Origin: Archangium sp.
Lineage (GTDB): Bacteria; Myxococcota; Myxococcia; Myxococcales; Myxococcaceae
Direction of reading: 5' to 3'
NCBI GenBank assembly: GCA_035910535.1
Contig: JAMHXF010000097.1
Span: 14,295-78,294 of the forward strand
Length of the DNA: 64,000 bases
The notes under the pieces were generated by a model. It was given only the letters and a program-made list of their open reading frames with translations. It did not search any database and had not been told where the DNA came from. The translations under genes were made by a program, and so were the position numbers. Shown in pieces: positions 18,448-28,611 of this stretch (the stretch's first letter is position 1; every line of letters starts with the position of its first letter).

Positions 18448-20601
18448 GTGGGAATCGGGGCCATCGTGATGGTTCAAGGCGCCAACCCCAGCTGGTGGAA
18501 GACCGCGCTGCTCGCCCTGGGCCTCGCCGCCGCGTACGCGCTCACCGGCCTCTGGGGCATGCAGCTCGCGCCCCGCCCCGGCAACGTCACCGCCGTCTGG
18601 TTGCCCGCCGGCATCGCGCTCGCGGCGTTGATTCGCTTCGGGCGCGGCGTATGGCCCGGCATCACGCTGGGCTCTCTGCTCTGCAACCTGCTCGTCTTTC
18701 CCGCGGAGCCCGGCTCCTTCGCGCACCTCGCAGGGTCCTTCTCGATCGCGCTGTCGTCGACGGCCGGGCTGCTGCTGAGCCATCACCTCGTGTGGCGCTT
18801 CGGGCGCGTCGACGCGCTCGCGAGCCCCTTCAACCTCGTCGTCTTCTTCGCGCTGGTGGGCATCGGGTGCGTCGTCAACGCCACCGGCGGCCTCCTGACG
18901 ACCGCGACGCTGGGCGCCACGCCGCTGACTGAATGGGGCACCTACTGGTCGACGTGGTTCCTCGGAGACGTCGCAGGCGTGGTGGTGGTGACGCCGCTGG
19001 TGCTCAGTGAAGGGCCGGAGCGACCGCTGCGGCCGCTCGAGTGGCTCGCGTCGTTGGTGGTGACGTTCATCACCATGCAGCTGGTCTTCGGGCGCCCGCT
19101 GCCCGGCTTTCACGGCACGCCGCTGCCAGTGTCGTGGACAGTGCTGGTGACTTCGGTGTGGGTCGGCGCACGGCTCGGCGGTCGCGCGGTCGCGATCAAC
19201 TCGCTCATCACCTACGCGCTCATGGGCTGGGCGACCATCGAAGGTCGCGGGCCGTTCGGCGGCTGGGAGCGCGACATCGCGCTGCTCCTCGTCGACTCGG
19301 TGATGGTGCTGGGGACGATCATCGCGCTGCTGCTGGTCTCGACGACGGCGTTGAACCGCAGGCAGCAGCTCGATCTCGAGCTGGAGCGACGACACCTCGA
19401 GGACAAGGTGCACGAGCGCACCAGGCTGCTCGAGCTGTCGACCGACGCGCTGATCTCCGAAGGCGAAGAGCGAACCCGCCTCACTGGCCAGCTGATCGAA
19501 GCGCAGAAGCAAGACGCGCTCGGTCGCCTCGCCGGCGGTGTGGCGCACGACTTCAACAACCTGCTGACCGTGGTGAGCGCCGAGGCAGAGCTGCTGCGCC
19601 GTGACGCGTCACACCGGCCCGACGTGCATGACGCTGCCGGCGCGATTCTCGCCGCGTCACATCGCGCCGCAGAGCTCACCCGCCAACTGCTGGCCGTCGC
19701 GCGTCGTCAAACCACCACGCCGCGTTACGTGGAGATCGCCGACACGCTGATCGCCAATCGGCGCCTGCTGCGCCCGCTCTTGCCCGAGAACATCACGCTC
19801 GAGGTGCAGTGCGACGAAGGCTGCGGCGTGTCCATCGACCCCACCATGCTCGACCAGATCGTGCTCAACCTCGCGCTCAACGCGCGTGACGCGATCTCCG
19901 GCGTGGGCCGCGTGTCGATCACCGGCAGTCGCCGCGAGGTCGACGCCACCACCGCCGCCGTGCTCGGGCTCACGCCAGGCCGCTGGTGCACGTTGGTCGT
20001 CGAAGACAGCGGCGCCGGCATCGCCCCCGAAGTGCAGGCCCGCGTGTTCGAGCCGTTCTTCACCACCAAGCCCGGCGGCCAGGGCACCGGCCTCGGCTTG
20101 TCGACGGTGTGGGGCATCGCGAATCAGGCGCGCGGCACGGTGAAGCTCGAGAGCGGGCCCGGCGGCTCTCGCTTCACGGTGTGGCTGCCGGCGGCCGACA
20201 AGCCCACCACGAAGGCCCCGGTGGCGACGCCGCTCTTCACGCCGGTCGCGACGGGCTCGGTGATCCTCGTGGTGGAAGACGAGCCGCTGGTGCGGCGCAC
20301 GGTGGTGCTCGCGCTCGAACGCGCAGGGCACAAGGTGTTGATGGCGGCCGACGGCGACGAGGCGCTCACGGTGCTGCGCGCGAGCGCCTCACAGGTTCAG
20401 CTGGTGTTGACCGACGTGGTGATGCCGCGCCTCGGTGGCGTCGAGCTGGCGCGAGAGGTGCGCGCGCAATGGCGCCTCCCGGTGATCTTCATGTCGGGGT
20501 TTCACGAGCGACAGACGGAGCTGACTGACGAGGTGGTGTTGGGCAAACCCTTCACCACCGATCAGCTCCTGTCAGCCGTCGCGCAGGCGTTGACGACTTA
20601 G
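18448..20601 (+). CDS. hybrid sensor histidine kinase (MASE1 membrane sensor, HisKA, HATPase, receiver)
   Basis: Multi-pass N-terminus with the MASE1-like segment TAVWLPAGIALAALI. H-box LAGGVAHDFNNLLTVV. G-boxes in the ATPase domain. Receiver ILVVEDEP...VLTDVVMPRLGG. GTG start at 18448; ATG at 18469 is an alternative. Confidence 0.9.
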   Translation: MGIGAIVMVQGANPSWWKTALLALGLAAAYALTGLWGMQLAPRPGNVTAVWLPAGIALAALIRFGRGVWPGITLGSLLCNLLVFPAEPGSFAHLAGSFSIALSSTAGLLLSHHLVWRFGRVDALASPFNLVVFFALVGIGCVVNATGGLLTTATLGATPLTEWGTYWSTWFLGDVAGVVVVTPLVLSEGPERPLRPLEWLASLVVTFITMQLVFGRPLPGFHGTPLPVSWTVLVTSVWVGARLGGRAVAINSLITYALMGWATIEGRGPFGGWERDIALLLVDSVMVLGTIIALLLVSTTALNRRQQLDLELERRHLEDKVHERTRLLELSTDALISEGEERTRLTGQLIEAQKQDALGRLAGGVAHDFNNLLTVVSAEAELLRRDASHRPDVHDAAGAILAASHRAAELTRQLLAVARRQTTTPRYVEIADTLIANRRLLRPLLPENITLEVQCDEGCGVSIDPTMLDQIVLNLALNARDAISGVGRVSITGSRREVDATTAAVLGLTPGRWCTLVVEDSGAGIAPEVQARVFEPFFTTKPGGQGTGLGLSTVWGIANQARGTVKLESGPGGSRFTVWLPAADKPTTKAPVATPLFTPVATGSVILVVEDEPLVRRTVVLALERAGHKVLMAADGDEALTVLRASASQVQLVLTDVVMPRLGGVELAREVRAQWRLPVIFMSGFHERQTELTDEVVLGKPFTTDQLLSAVAQALTT

Positions 20602-21776
20602 CGCTCGAGCATCAGCGCGATGCCTTCACCGCCGCCGATGCACAGCGAGGCCACGCCGCGCTTGAGGTCGTGATCTTTCATGGTGTGCAGCAACGTCACC
20701 AACACGCGCGTGCCCGACGCGCCGATGGGGTGACCCAGCGTCACCGCGCCACCGCGCACGTTCACCTTCGAAGGGTCCAACTTGAGCAGCTGGTTGTTGG
20801 CGAGGCTGACGACCGCGAAGGCCTCGTTGATTTCCCAGGTGTTCACGTCGGCGGCGGTCTTGCCCGTCTTGGTGAGCAGCTTGTTGATCGCGTCGGCCGG
20901 AGCGATGGTGAACTCCACCGGCTTGCGCGCGGCGGCGGCGTGACCGACGACCTTCGCCAGCACGGGAATGTTCAGCGCCTTGGCCTTCTCAGCGCTCATC
21001 AACACCACGGCCGCGGCGCCGTCGTTGATCGACGAAGCGTTGGCGGCGGTGATGGTGCCGTCTTTCTTGAAGACCGGCTTGAGCGAGGGGATCTTCTCGG
21101 GCTTCGCGTTCTTCGGGCCTTCGTCTTCGGTCACCACGAGCGCGTCGCCCTTCTTCTGCGGCACCGACACGGCGACGATCTCATTCTTGAAGAGGCCTTC
21201 CTTCTGCGAACGGATGGCGCGGTTCGTCGACTCCACGGCGAACTCGTCTTGCGCGGCGCGGCTGATCTTCATGCTCTCGGCGCACTGCTCGGCGCACACG
21301 CCCATCGCGACGTTGTCGTACGCGTCGGTGAGGCCGTCGCTCATCATCGAGTCTTTGAACTCGACGTTGCCCATGCGCGCGCCCGTGCGGAGCTGCATCG
21401 AGATGTACGGCGCGTTCGACATCGACTCCTGGCCACCGGCGACGACGACGTCGGCGTCACCCGCGACGATGGCCTGGTACGCCTGCACCACCGACTGCAA
21501 CCCCGAGCCGCAGACCTTGTTCACGGTGACAGCCGGCACACCGTCGGGCAGCCCGGCACCACGCGCCGCCTGCCGCGCCGGAGCCTGACCGACGCCCGCG
21601 GTCAGCACGTTGCCCATGATGACCTGCTCGACCTGCTCAGGCGCGAGGCCCGCACGCTCGAGCGCCGCCTTGATGGCGATGGCGCCCAGCTGCGGCGCCG
21701 TCAGCGATGAAAGCGCGCCCTGAAACGCACCAATGGGAGTCCGCGCTGCACCGACGATGACGACTTCACGAGCCAT
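20598..21776 (-). CDS. acetyl-CoA C-acetyltransferase (thiolase II)
   Basis: 392 aa. VVIVGAARTPIGAFQG, active-site VNKVCGSGL, C-terminal GGGEGIALMLER. Confidence 0.95.
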   Translation of the reverse strand: MAREVVIVGAARTPIGAFQGALSSLTAPQLGAIAIKAALERAGLAPEQVEQVIMGNVLTAGVGQAPARQAARGAGLPDGVPAVTVNKVCGSGLQSVVQAYQAIVAGDADVVVAGGQESMSNAPYISMQLRTGARMGNVEFKDSMMSDGLTDAYDNVAMGVCAEQCAESMKISRAAQDEFAVESTNRAIRSQKEGLFKNEIVAVSVPQKKGDALVVTEDEGPKNAKPEKIPSLKPVFKKDGTITAANASSINDGAAAVVLMSAEKAKALNIPVLAKVVGHAAAARKPVEFTIAPADAINKLLTKTGKTAADVNTWEINEAFAVVSLANNQLLKLDPSKVNVRGGAVTLGHPIGASGTRVLVTLLHTMKDHDLKRGVASLCIGGGEGIALMLER

Positions 21777-21882
21777 GGTTCTTCTCCACGAAAGAGTGAG
21801 GTTCAGCTGAGGGCCTTATGACGGCGGCACCCGCCCATTTCAAGGCGCACGCCCGCCCCATTTCGTGAGGTCTCTTTCGGGC

Positions 21883-21918
21883 AAAGAAAAAGGGGAGCGC
21901 CATCACTGGCACTCCCCC
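21883..21918 (-). terminator. intrinsic terminator of rpsA
   Basis: Reverse-strand hairpin GGGGAGTGCC / GGCGCTCCCC (one mismatch) followed by TTTTTCTTT, 26 nt after the rpsA stop. Confidence 0.7.
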
Positions 21919-21943
21919 TTCACGACTTCACGTCAGGCTGTTC

Positions 21944-23653
21944 TTACTTCTTGAACTTGCCCATCACGTCGCCGAGGCGGGCCTTCGACTGCTCGGCCTG
22001 CTTCTTGAGGTACTCGCGGTAGTCGTCGCCACCGTCGTTGAGCAGGGCCTTGATCGACAGGGCGATCTTGCGGTCGCTGGTGTTGATGTCGATGATCTTG
22101 ACCTCGACCTCCTGGCCCTCGGCCAACACGTCGCGCGGGTTCTCGACGCGCTCGTCGCGGATCTCCGAGACGTGCACGAGGCCTTCGATGCCCGGCTCGA
22201 TCTCCACGAAGCCACCGAAGTCGGTGACCTTGGTGACCTTGCCCTTGACGCGGCTCGAGACCGGGTGGCGCTCCGAGAGCGTGTCCCACGGGTCCTGGAG
22301 CAGCTGCTTGATGCCGAGGCTGAAGCGCTCGTTCTCGACGTCGATGTTGAGCACGCACGCCTCGACGATGTCGCCCTTCTTGTAGAGCTCACCCGGGTGC
22401 TTGACACGCTGGGTCCACGAGATGTCGGACACGTGCACGAGGCCGTCGACACCGTCTTCGACACCGACGAACACGCCGAAGTCGGTGACGTTGCGAACGA
22501 TGCCCTTGATGACAGAGCCGATCGGGTACTTGTCCTCGAGGACAGTCCAGGGGTTCTGCTCGATCTGCTTCATGCCGAGCGCGATGCGCTTGGCCTTGGG
22601 GTCGATGTCGAGGACGACCGCTTCGACTTCCTGACCGACTTCAAGCAGCTTGCTGGGGTGCTTCACGCGCTTGTTCCACGTCATCTCGCTGACGTGCACC
22701 AGGCCTTCGACGCCCTGCTCGAGCTCGATGAAGGCGCCGTAATCGGTGAGCGAAACGACCTTGCCCTTGACGCGCGTACCGACCGGGTACTTCTCGTCGG
22801 CGCGGTGCCACGGGTCTTCCTGGATCTGCTTGAGACCGAGGCTGACGCGCTCCTGCGCGGGGTCGAACTTGAGGACGATGACCTTGACCTCGTCACCGAC
22901 GTTGAACATCTCCGACGGGTGGCCAACGCGGCCCCACGACATGTCGGTGATGTGCAACAGACCGTCGATGCCGCCGAGGTCGATGAAGGCGCCGTAGTCG
23001 GTCAGGTTCTTGACCTGGCCCTTCATGATCGCGCCTTCCTTCAGGTTCTTGAGCGTTTCCTTCTTCTGCTCTTCGCGCTGCTTCTCGAGCAGCACGCGGC
23101 GCGAGAGGACGATGTTGCCGCGCTTCTGGTTGAACTTGATGACCTTGAACTCGAATTCCTTGGCCAGGTACTGGTCGAGGTTTCGAACCGGGCGAATGTC
23201 GACCTGGCTGCCCGGCAGGAACGCCTTGACGCCGATGTCGACCTGCAAGCCACCCTTCACACGGCCAGTGATGATGCCCTTGATGATCTGGTCGTCTTTG
23301 ACGGCGGCCGAGATCTCATCCCAGATCCGCATCTTGTCGGCCTTCTCTTTCGAGAGGACGACCATGCCCGTGTCATTCTCGCGGGACTCGAGGAACACCT
23401 GAACGGTGTCACCCGGCTTCACCGTGACTTCGCCCTTGGGGCTGGTGAACTCGGAGATCGCGACCTGGCCTTCAGACTTGTAACCGATGTCGACGATCGC
23501 GAACTCACCGGTGACCCGAACCACGGTCCCCTTGATGACTTCGCCTTCCTTCACGAGGCCGGTGCGACCGCCCTCCTTGAGGGAAGCCTCAAACATCGCT
23601 GCGAAATCCTCTTCGCCTTCAAAGCCGGTCGACTGATTGACGTTCTGCTGCAT
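21944..23653 (-). CDS. rpsA: 30S ribosomal protein S1
   Basis: 569 aa with six repeated S1 OB-fold modules (G.V..V..FGAF(V/I)(D/E)(L/I)..G..GL(V/L)H(I/V)S(E/D)). Confidence 0.97.
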   Translation of the reverse strand: MQQNVNQSTGFEGEEDFAAMFEASLKEGGRTGLVKEGEVIKGTVVRVTGEFAIVDIGYKSEGQVAISEFTSPKGEVTVKPGDTVQVFLESRENDTGMVVLSKEKADKMRIWDEISAAVKDDQIIKGIITGRVKGGLQVDIGVKAFLPGSQVDIRPVRNLDQYLAKEFEFKVIKFNQKRGNIVLSRRVLLEKQREEQKKETLKNLKEGAIMKGQVKNLTDYGAFIDLGGIDGLLHITDMSWGRVGHPSEMFNVGDEVKVIVLKFDPAQERVSLGLKQIQEDPWHRADEKYPVGTRVKGKVVSLTDYGAFIELEQGVEGLVHVSEMTWNKRVKHPSKLLEVGQEVEAVVLDIDPKAKRIALGMKQIEQNPWTVLEDKYPIGSVIKGIVRNVTDFGVFVGVEDGVDGLVHVSDISWTQRVKHPGELYKKGDIVEACVLNIDVENERFSLGIKQLLQDPWDTLSERHPVSSRVKGKVTKVTDFGGFVEIEPGIEGLVHVSEIRDERVENPRDVLAEGQEVEVKIIDINTSDRKIALSIKALLNDGGDDYREYLKKQAEQSKARLGDVMGKFKK

Positions 23654-23886
23654 GTGATGGGTTGTCCTGGGAACTGCAAAAGGTGCTGCGGCCCGAAGTT
23701 GGTACCGCCTGCGAGCGGGGCTGGTCGCGCAGGTTGGAACTCCGCTCGGTGTGAGAGGAATCGTTCAGGGCGGTTAGCTGAACCCGCCGTGGGATGCAAG
23801 GCAGGGAGCGCCCACCGTTTTCAGCGGGTAACGCTGCGGGGAGTCAGCTCTCCATGGAGACGTGGAGGTAGTCGAAGCGATGACGC

Positions 23887-26800
23887 TCACGAATCGAAGC
23901 CGGCCCTGAGGGTGTGCCCTGCGCTCGAGAGAGCGAGATCGCCGCGGGCATTGAGTTCAGCGACGGCAGCGACAATTCCATTCCTGAAGCGAGCCGTCGC
24001 AGCGCCGAGGCCGAAAGCATCGCGGAGGAGCGCTACGAGTTCGTCTTCATTCAGCCCAGCGTTCAGTTGGAGCACAGCGCGGACCCCCGCGACGTATTCG
24101 CTCGGCGCGATCAACTCGGCGTTCGAATCCGCGTCGCGCCGATTCCTCGGCATGACCCGGCGCCCAGCAAGCGCCCACCAGGGATCTCGGTGTTCAATGC
24201 CGCTCGCATTGCGGAAGTCACGTAACGCGCTGGCGAGTCGCTCAACGATCCGAGCCCCAGCCCGCCGATGCCCGAAGGCATCCATGAGACGATCTCTGAG
24301 TACCTCGTCATGAACTGGCCCCTCGACCTCAAGAACACTGCGACACAACCCTGCGATCGTCGATTGTGTTGCATCAACCAGCTCGCCCTGTTGCGGTGAC
24401 AACGCGGCTGTCCGATACGGCTCGAAAATCGGCGCAGCCAGCGTACGTCTGCTGGGCGAAGTCCCCTTCTGAACAGGAGCAACCGGCGGTGGACCAACGC
24501 TCTCGCTCGATTCGCCGACCAGTCGGGCAACGTTTGCGCCTGCAGCGGGCGTTGCCTTGAATAGCCGTGCCTTCTGCCTCGATTCTTCGATCAGCTTCAG
24601 CAACCGCTCCGTTTGTTTCTTGCGGTCATGCCACCAGTCGGTGCTCCAGAGCCTGTGCAGTTCCCAACCGAGACCGCGCAGCACTTCCTCTCGGAGCCGG
24701 TCCCGATCGCGTGCCGACTCCGCAGAGTGGTACGCGACGCCATCGCACTCAATGCCACACACGAAGCGACCTGAAACCTCCGTATCCGTGACACCGAAGT
24801 CGATGCGGTAACCAGAAACACCAACCTGAGGAACCAAGTCGATACCGTGAGCCGCAAGCGCGGTCAGAACCTCTTGTTCGAAAGGAGATTCCGTCTGCGC
24901 CAGAGCCATTACGAGCGGGCCCGCGACGAGCTCACCGGTCTCTGCGTACTTCAAGAAATCCCTGAGAAGCACAGCACCACGCATCTGCTCACCAACGACC
25001 ATGTCGTCGGCACGCATCGAAGAAAACACACGCATTTGCTCACGTGCACGTGTCGCGAGAACGTTCAACCGACGCCAGCCCGATTGGCCGCTCAGCGGAC
25101 CAAGATTGTACCGAATCTTGCCGTCGAGACCTTTCCCGTAGGTAACGCTCAAGAACACAACGTCCCGCTCGTCGCCTTGAATGCTTTCAAGGTTCTTCAC
25201 GAAGAACGGCTCGGGCTTGTCGAGAGCGAGGAACTCGTCGAGTTGTGGGTTCGTGCGTCGCTCGCCCTCCAGCAGATCCTGAATACGAAGCTGCTGCGGC
25301 CGAGAGAACGTTCCGACGCAAAGTGATCTGTTCGGATGTTCGCGCGCGTGCCGGACAACCGCAGCAACCACCGCCGCGGCTTCTTTTGTGTTGGTCCCCT
25401 TCCCTTCGTACTGAGCACCAGCGACGTGTTCGAAACTCAGGCCAAACCTGCTCACGTTGCGATCAACGCTCGGAAAAGTGAGTAGAGAAGATTCGTAGAA
25501 GTTCTGATTCGAGTACGCGATCAACGACTCATGTCGGCTCCGGTAGTGCCATCGAAGCTGCGCGCCATAGAGTCCAGCCGCCTGGGCCAATTCGAGAATG
25601 CTCTCGAGATCTTCAAACAACGGTTCTCCATCTTCGTCTTCTTTGACCTCGATCTCCCCAAGTTGAGCCGCAAAGAAGTTCGTCGGCGGGAGTTGCTTGG
25701 GGTCGCCGACGACGACCAACTGCTGCCCCCGGGCAATCGAACCAAGAGCATCCTCACAAGTGAGCTGGGATGCCTCGTCGAAGATGACGATGTCGAACTG
25801 ATGCTTGGTATCGAGTGTCTGCGCGACCGTCATGGGACTCATCAAGAAGCACGGCTTGATGGCGCGGACCGCGTGGAACCCACGCTGAACCAACTGCCGA
25901 ACAGGTTGATGGCCCCGCATGCGCGACATCTGATCGCGGAGAAACTTTGATTCGCCTGCTGCGGAAAGCAACTGCTCTTGAGTCCGTCGGCGCAGCCGGG
26001 TGGCGACCGCGCGCTTGTTACTTTCCAATGCTTGCTTATCCAGCACGCAGAACTCATTCACTTGCGCAGAGTGCGCGCCCCCTTCGAACCGCCCAAGGAG
26101 CGGGGCCTGTGACTCGACGTCATCGATCCATACCTCGAGGAAACGACGCTCAAACGCAGCGCCAAGATCCGCCCACGCGAGGTCACCCGACACCGCCGCT
26201 TCGACAAGAGACCGTGCAGAGGTGGCGACGGCCTTGGAGAGTGCATCCTGATGGTTCTGCATCTCTCGCCATCGCTCGCGACTGCCCTCGAGCGCTTCAA
26301 TTTGTTCATTCAACTGAACGAACGTTGACCTTGCGAAAAAGGTAGCGGGCCAGCCACCAGCCTCTTGGATGCTGGACCAAAGAGCACGCGCCTCGGTGAC
26401 CTTGACGGCCAACTGCTGAAGCGAATCCACGTTCGGCGCCGGTGTTTCTGCGACAGAGAATACCGAGGGAGAGAGCGACAGCCTGGCGGCTGTATCTCTG
26501 AACGAGTTGCCCCAACGCACCCAGTCCATCAAAGCAGTCCAGTCACTGTCAGCACCGCGCCAAAGCCGTCCGAAAAACCGTGCCGACGCATCACTTCCAT
26601 TGAGCGACACTCTCTCGGCCCTCGCGCGGAGCAGAGTGGAGACCCGCTGTCCCGCATCTAACGCGCCTCGCCAAGCTGACTCAGACATTGAGGCCTTCAA
26701 CTGGCGTCGAGCAGCCCGCCAAGTGCCGCTAAGCCAGGCCCAGATACTGCGACCACGTTCGATGACGATGGTCACTGCAGTCTGTAATTCCTCAGGTCGA

Positions 26801-28611
26801 GCAGACGACTTCAGTAACCCTCGCGTCTCATTCTCCAATACGGCGAACATTCGACCTCGTTCGACGACCTGCAGCGCATGAGCAGACGCCTCCATCCAGT
26901 CGGGAGCATTGGCAACAGTCGCAGGAATGCCGGGTGCGCCAGAAAGCACGGCTGCGAGTTCCGTCAGCGACTCCGCTGCCGTATTCAGTGACTGCGCCTT
27001 GAACCCGAACTGAGCTTCGACGATTCGTTCCTCTTGAATGATCGAGCGAACGAGAGGCCCGATGCGATCAAGCGCAGCAAAGAGGACGTCGCGACGCTCA
27101 CGCGGGAACTGTTGGACAGAAGAACCTCGCCACGGATGGTCAGCGAGAGAACATCCAAGCCGAGTGACCGTTCCAGACAGTTCATCGAGAGTTCGCTTCG
27201 TCTCATCGAACTGAGCCTTCGTGACCCCTTCCGTCGGGACCGAGACCCGGATGTTTGGAACACCTTCGAGCCGAAGGAGTCGGCTCATTACTTCGAAGGG
27301 AGACATCCCAAGCGGAGAGACTGGCGAATGAACAGCCTTCGTGTAGGCAGTCAGCGTTTGTCGAACTTTCGCCAACTCTGCTTGTTGCTTCGGTTCGTCG
27401 TCGCACGACAACGACGAGGTGTCCCAAGCACGTTTCAACTCATCAAGCAGACCTTTCTTGTTCGCCTTCGTGCTGTGAATTTCAAGACAAAAATCACCGA
27501 GTCCGGCCTTACGAAGACGGTCGTAGACAACATTGAGTGCCGCCTGCTTCTCCGCAACGAACAACACCGTCTTTCCTCGAGCGAGGGCGCCAGAAATAAG
27601 ATTGGTGATTGTCTGCGACTTACCTGTACCTGGCGGGCCTTGAATGACCAGATTCCTACCTGTCTCCACGGCAGCAAGAGCACGCTGCTGCGTCGAGTCA
27701 GCATCTACAACCTGAAATGTCATTTCAGGAGGAAAACCAGCATCAAGGTCCATCCCCCGAACCTCCGGAGGGAGTGACGAAAGCGCACCGCTGTCACCAC
27801 TTCGCCGTGCGAGCAACTCGACGATCGGGTGCGCGGCAACTGCGGTTGCATTCTTCTTGAGATCCTCGTGCATCACGAATTTCTGGAACGAGAAATTCCC
27901 CAGGAGACAGGCAGCGCTGACTCGCCACCGACTATTTGAAGCGGTTTCTCCCCTCAGTTCAGAAAGCCAATCTATAACATTAAAGCTCTCGTCAGAGATC
28001 TGCTTCAACTGCACGCCATGTTGAGACTTGAGGTACTCAACAAGAGCGGGATTCACGAGCGGATCCTCCTCGCTACCGCGTACCATCCACGCACCTTTCG
28101 GGGTCCGGCTCAGCTTCGCTGGCAGCAACAGTAGCGGGGCGCGTCGTTCCTTCTGGGAACTGGTGTCTTCGAAGTAGTGGAGAAAGCCCAGAGCGAGAAA
28201 CAAGGTTGCGACACCCTGCTCTTCAAGTGACGCACGGGCGGTATCAACAAGGCGTCGAATCTTGGTGTCGAGCAAGTCCGAGGGCAGCTCGATATCGAGG
28301 AACTCGTCAACATCTTCTGGATCAAGTCCGCTCGTCACCTCCGCAAAAAAGTCCGCATCCCCAAGCGCGTCGGAAAAAGTCTCATCCGAGGGCACCGACA
28401 ACGCAGCATTGAAATCTCGCGGTGGGGTTCCTCGAAACTGCAGCGATTTACCCTGAACGATCACTCGTTCCCAGATCGCGATTGGCTGCTCTCCCGCGAT
28501 CTCCACGGCCAAAGAGCGCTTGCCACTCGAATAATTGAGCAGCCTATTTCGCATCGATGTGTCGACGAGCTTTCGCCGACACGCCTCAACAAAGTCATAC
28601 ACGGTGGCCAT
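23887..28611 (-). CDS. DUF4011-type N-terminus / SF1 (Upf1-like) helicase / Vsr-DUF559-like endonuclease / C-terminal DUF3320-like protein
   Basis: VIQGPPGTGKSQTI (Walker A), IVIFDEASQL, VVVGDPKQLPP, IQGDERDVVFLSVTY, RLNVLATRAREQMRVF. The nuclease module is SGYRIDFGV...GIECDGVAYHSAESARDRDRLREEVLRGLGWELHRLWSTDWW. I prefer the ATG at 28611 (MATVYDF...). The track ORF begins at a TTG at 28677. G+C is visibly lower than in the flanks. Confidence 0.85.
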   Translation of the reverse strand: MATVYDFVEACRRKLVDTSMRNRLLNYSSGKRSLAVEIAGEQPIAIWERVIVQGKSLQFRGTPPRDFNAALSVPSDETFSDALGDADFFAEVTSGLDPEDVDEFLDIELPSDLLDTKIRRLVDTARASLEEQGVATLFLALGFLHYFEDTSSQKERRAPLLLLPAKLSRTPKGAWMVRGSEEDPLVNPALVEYLKSQHGVQLKQISDESFNVIDWLSELRGETASNSRWRVSAACLLGNFSFQKFVMHEDLKKNATAVAAHPIVELLARRSGDSGALSSLPPEVRGMDLDAGFPPEMTFQVVDADSTQQRALAAVETGRNLVIQGPPGTGKSQTITNLISGALARGKTVLFVAEKQAALNVVYDRLRKAGLGDFCLEIHSTKANKKGLLDELKRAWDTSSLSCDDEPKQQAELAKVRQTLTAYTKAVHSPVSPLGMSPFEVMSRLLRLEGVPNIRVSVPTEGVTKAQFDETKRTLDELSGTVTRLGCSLADHPWRGSSVQQFPRERRDVLFAALDRIGPLVRSIIQEERIVEAQFGFKAQSLNTAAESLTELAAVLSGAPGIPATVANAPDWMEASAHALQVVERGRMFAVLENETRGLLKSSARPEELQTAVTIVIERGRSIWAWLSGTWRAARRQLKASMSESAWRGALDAGQRVSTLLRARAERVSLNGSDASARFFGRLWRGADSDWTALMDWVRWGNSFRDTAARLSLSPSVFSVAETPAPNVDSLQQLAVKVTEARALWSSIQEAGGWPATFFARSTFVQLNEQIEALEGSRERWREMQNHQDALSKAVATSARSLVEAAVSGDLAWADLGAAFERRFLEVWIDDVESQAPLLGRFEGGAHSAQVNEFCVLDKQALESNKRAVATRLRRRTQEQLLSAAGESKFLRDQMSRMRGHQPVRQLVQRGFHAVRAIKPCFLMSPMTVAQTLDTKHQFDIVIFDEASQLTCEDALGSIARGQQLVVVGDPKQLPPTNFFAAQLGEIEVKEDEDGEPLFEDLESILELAQAAGLYGAQLRWHYRSRHESLIAYSNQNFYESSLLTFPSVDRNVSRFGLSFEHVAGAQYEGKGTNTKEAAAVVAAVVRHAREHPNRSLCVGTFSRPQQLRIQDLLEGERRTNPQLDEFLALDKPEPFFVKNLESIQGDERDVVFLSVTYGKGLDGKIRYNLGPLSGQSGWRRLNVLATRAREQMRVFSSMRADDMVVGEQMRGAVLLRDFLKYAETGELVAGPLVMALAQTESPFEQEVLTALAAHGIDLVPQVGVSGYRIDFGVTDTEVSGRFVCGIECDGVAYHSAESARDRDRLREEVLRGLGWELHRLWSTDWWHDRKKQTERLLKLIEESRQKARLFKATPAAGANVARLVGESSESVGPPPVAPVQKGTSPSRRTLAAPIFEPYRTAALSPQQGELVDATQSTIAGLCRSVLEVEGPVHDEVLRDRLMDAFGHRRAGARIVERLASALRDFRNASGIEHRDPWWALAGRRVMPRNRRDADSNAELIAPSEYVAGVRAVLQLNAGLNEDELVALLRDAFGLGAATARFRNGIVAAVAELNARGDLALSSAGHTLRAGFDS

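Noticed and set aside
18382-19548. 388-aa reverse ORF antisense to the hybrid histidine kinase
   Set aside because: The forward frame has clear MASE1 and HisKA motifs. The reverse translation is Arg/Glu/Gln/Pro-rich with no motifs.
23654-23886. Possible mobile-element boundary, att site or small RNA between rpsA and the helicase-nuclease gene
   Set aside because: I found no direct repeat shared with the other flank (28612..28713). There is no tRNA-like fold and no integrase or transposase ORF. The region is more simply the rpsA promoter and leader.
22172-24313. 713-aa forward ORF antisense to rpsA
   Set aside because: The reverse strand encodes an unmistakable ribosomal protein S1. The forward translation is repetitive D/L/V/E-rich mirror sequence with no recognisable domain. 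It also runs across the intergenic region into the helicase gene.
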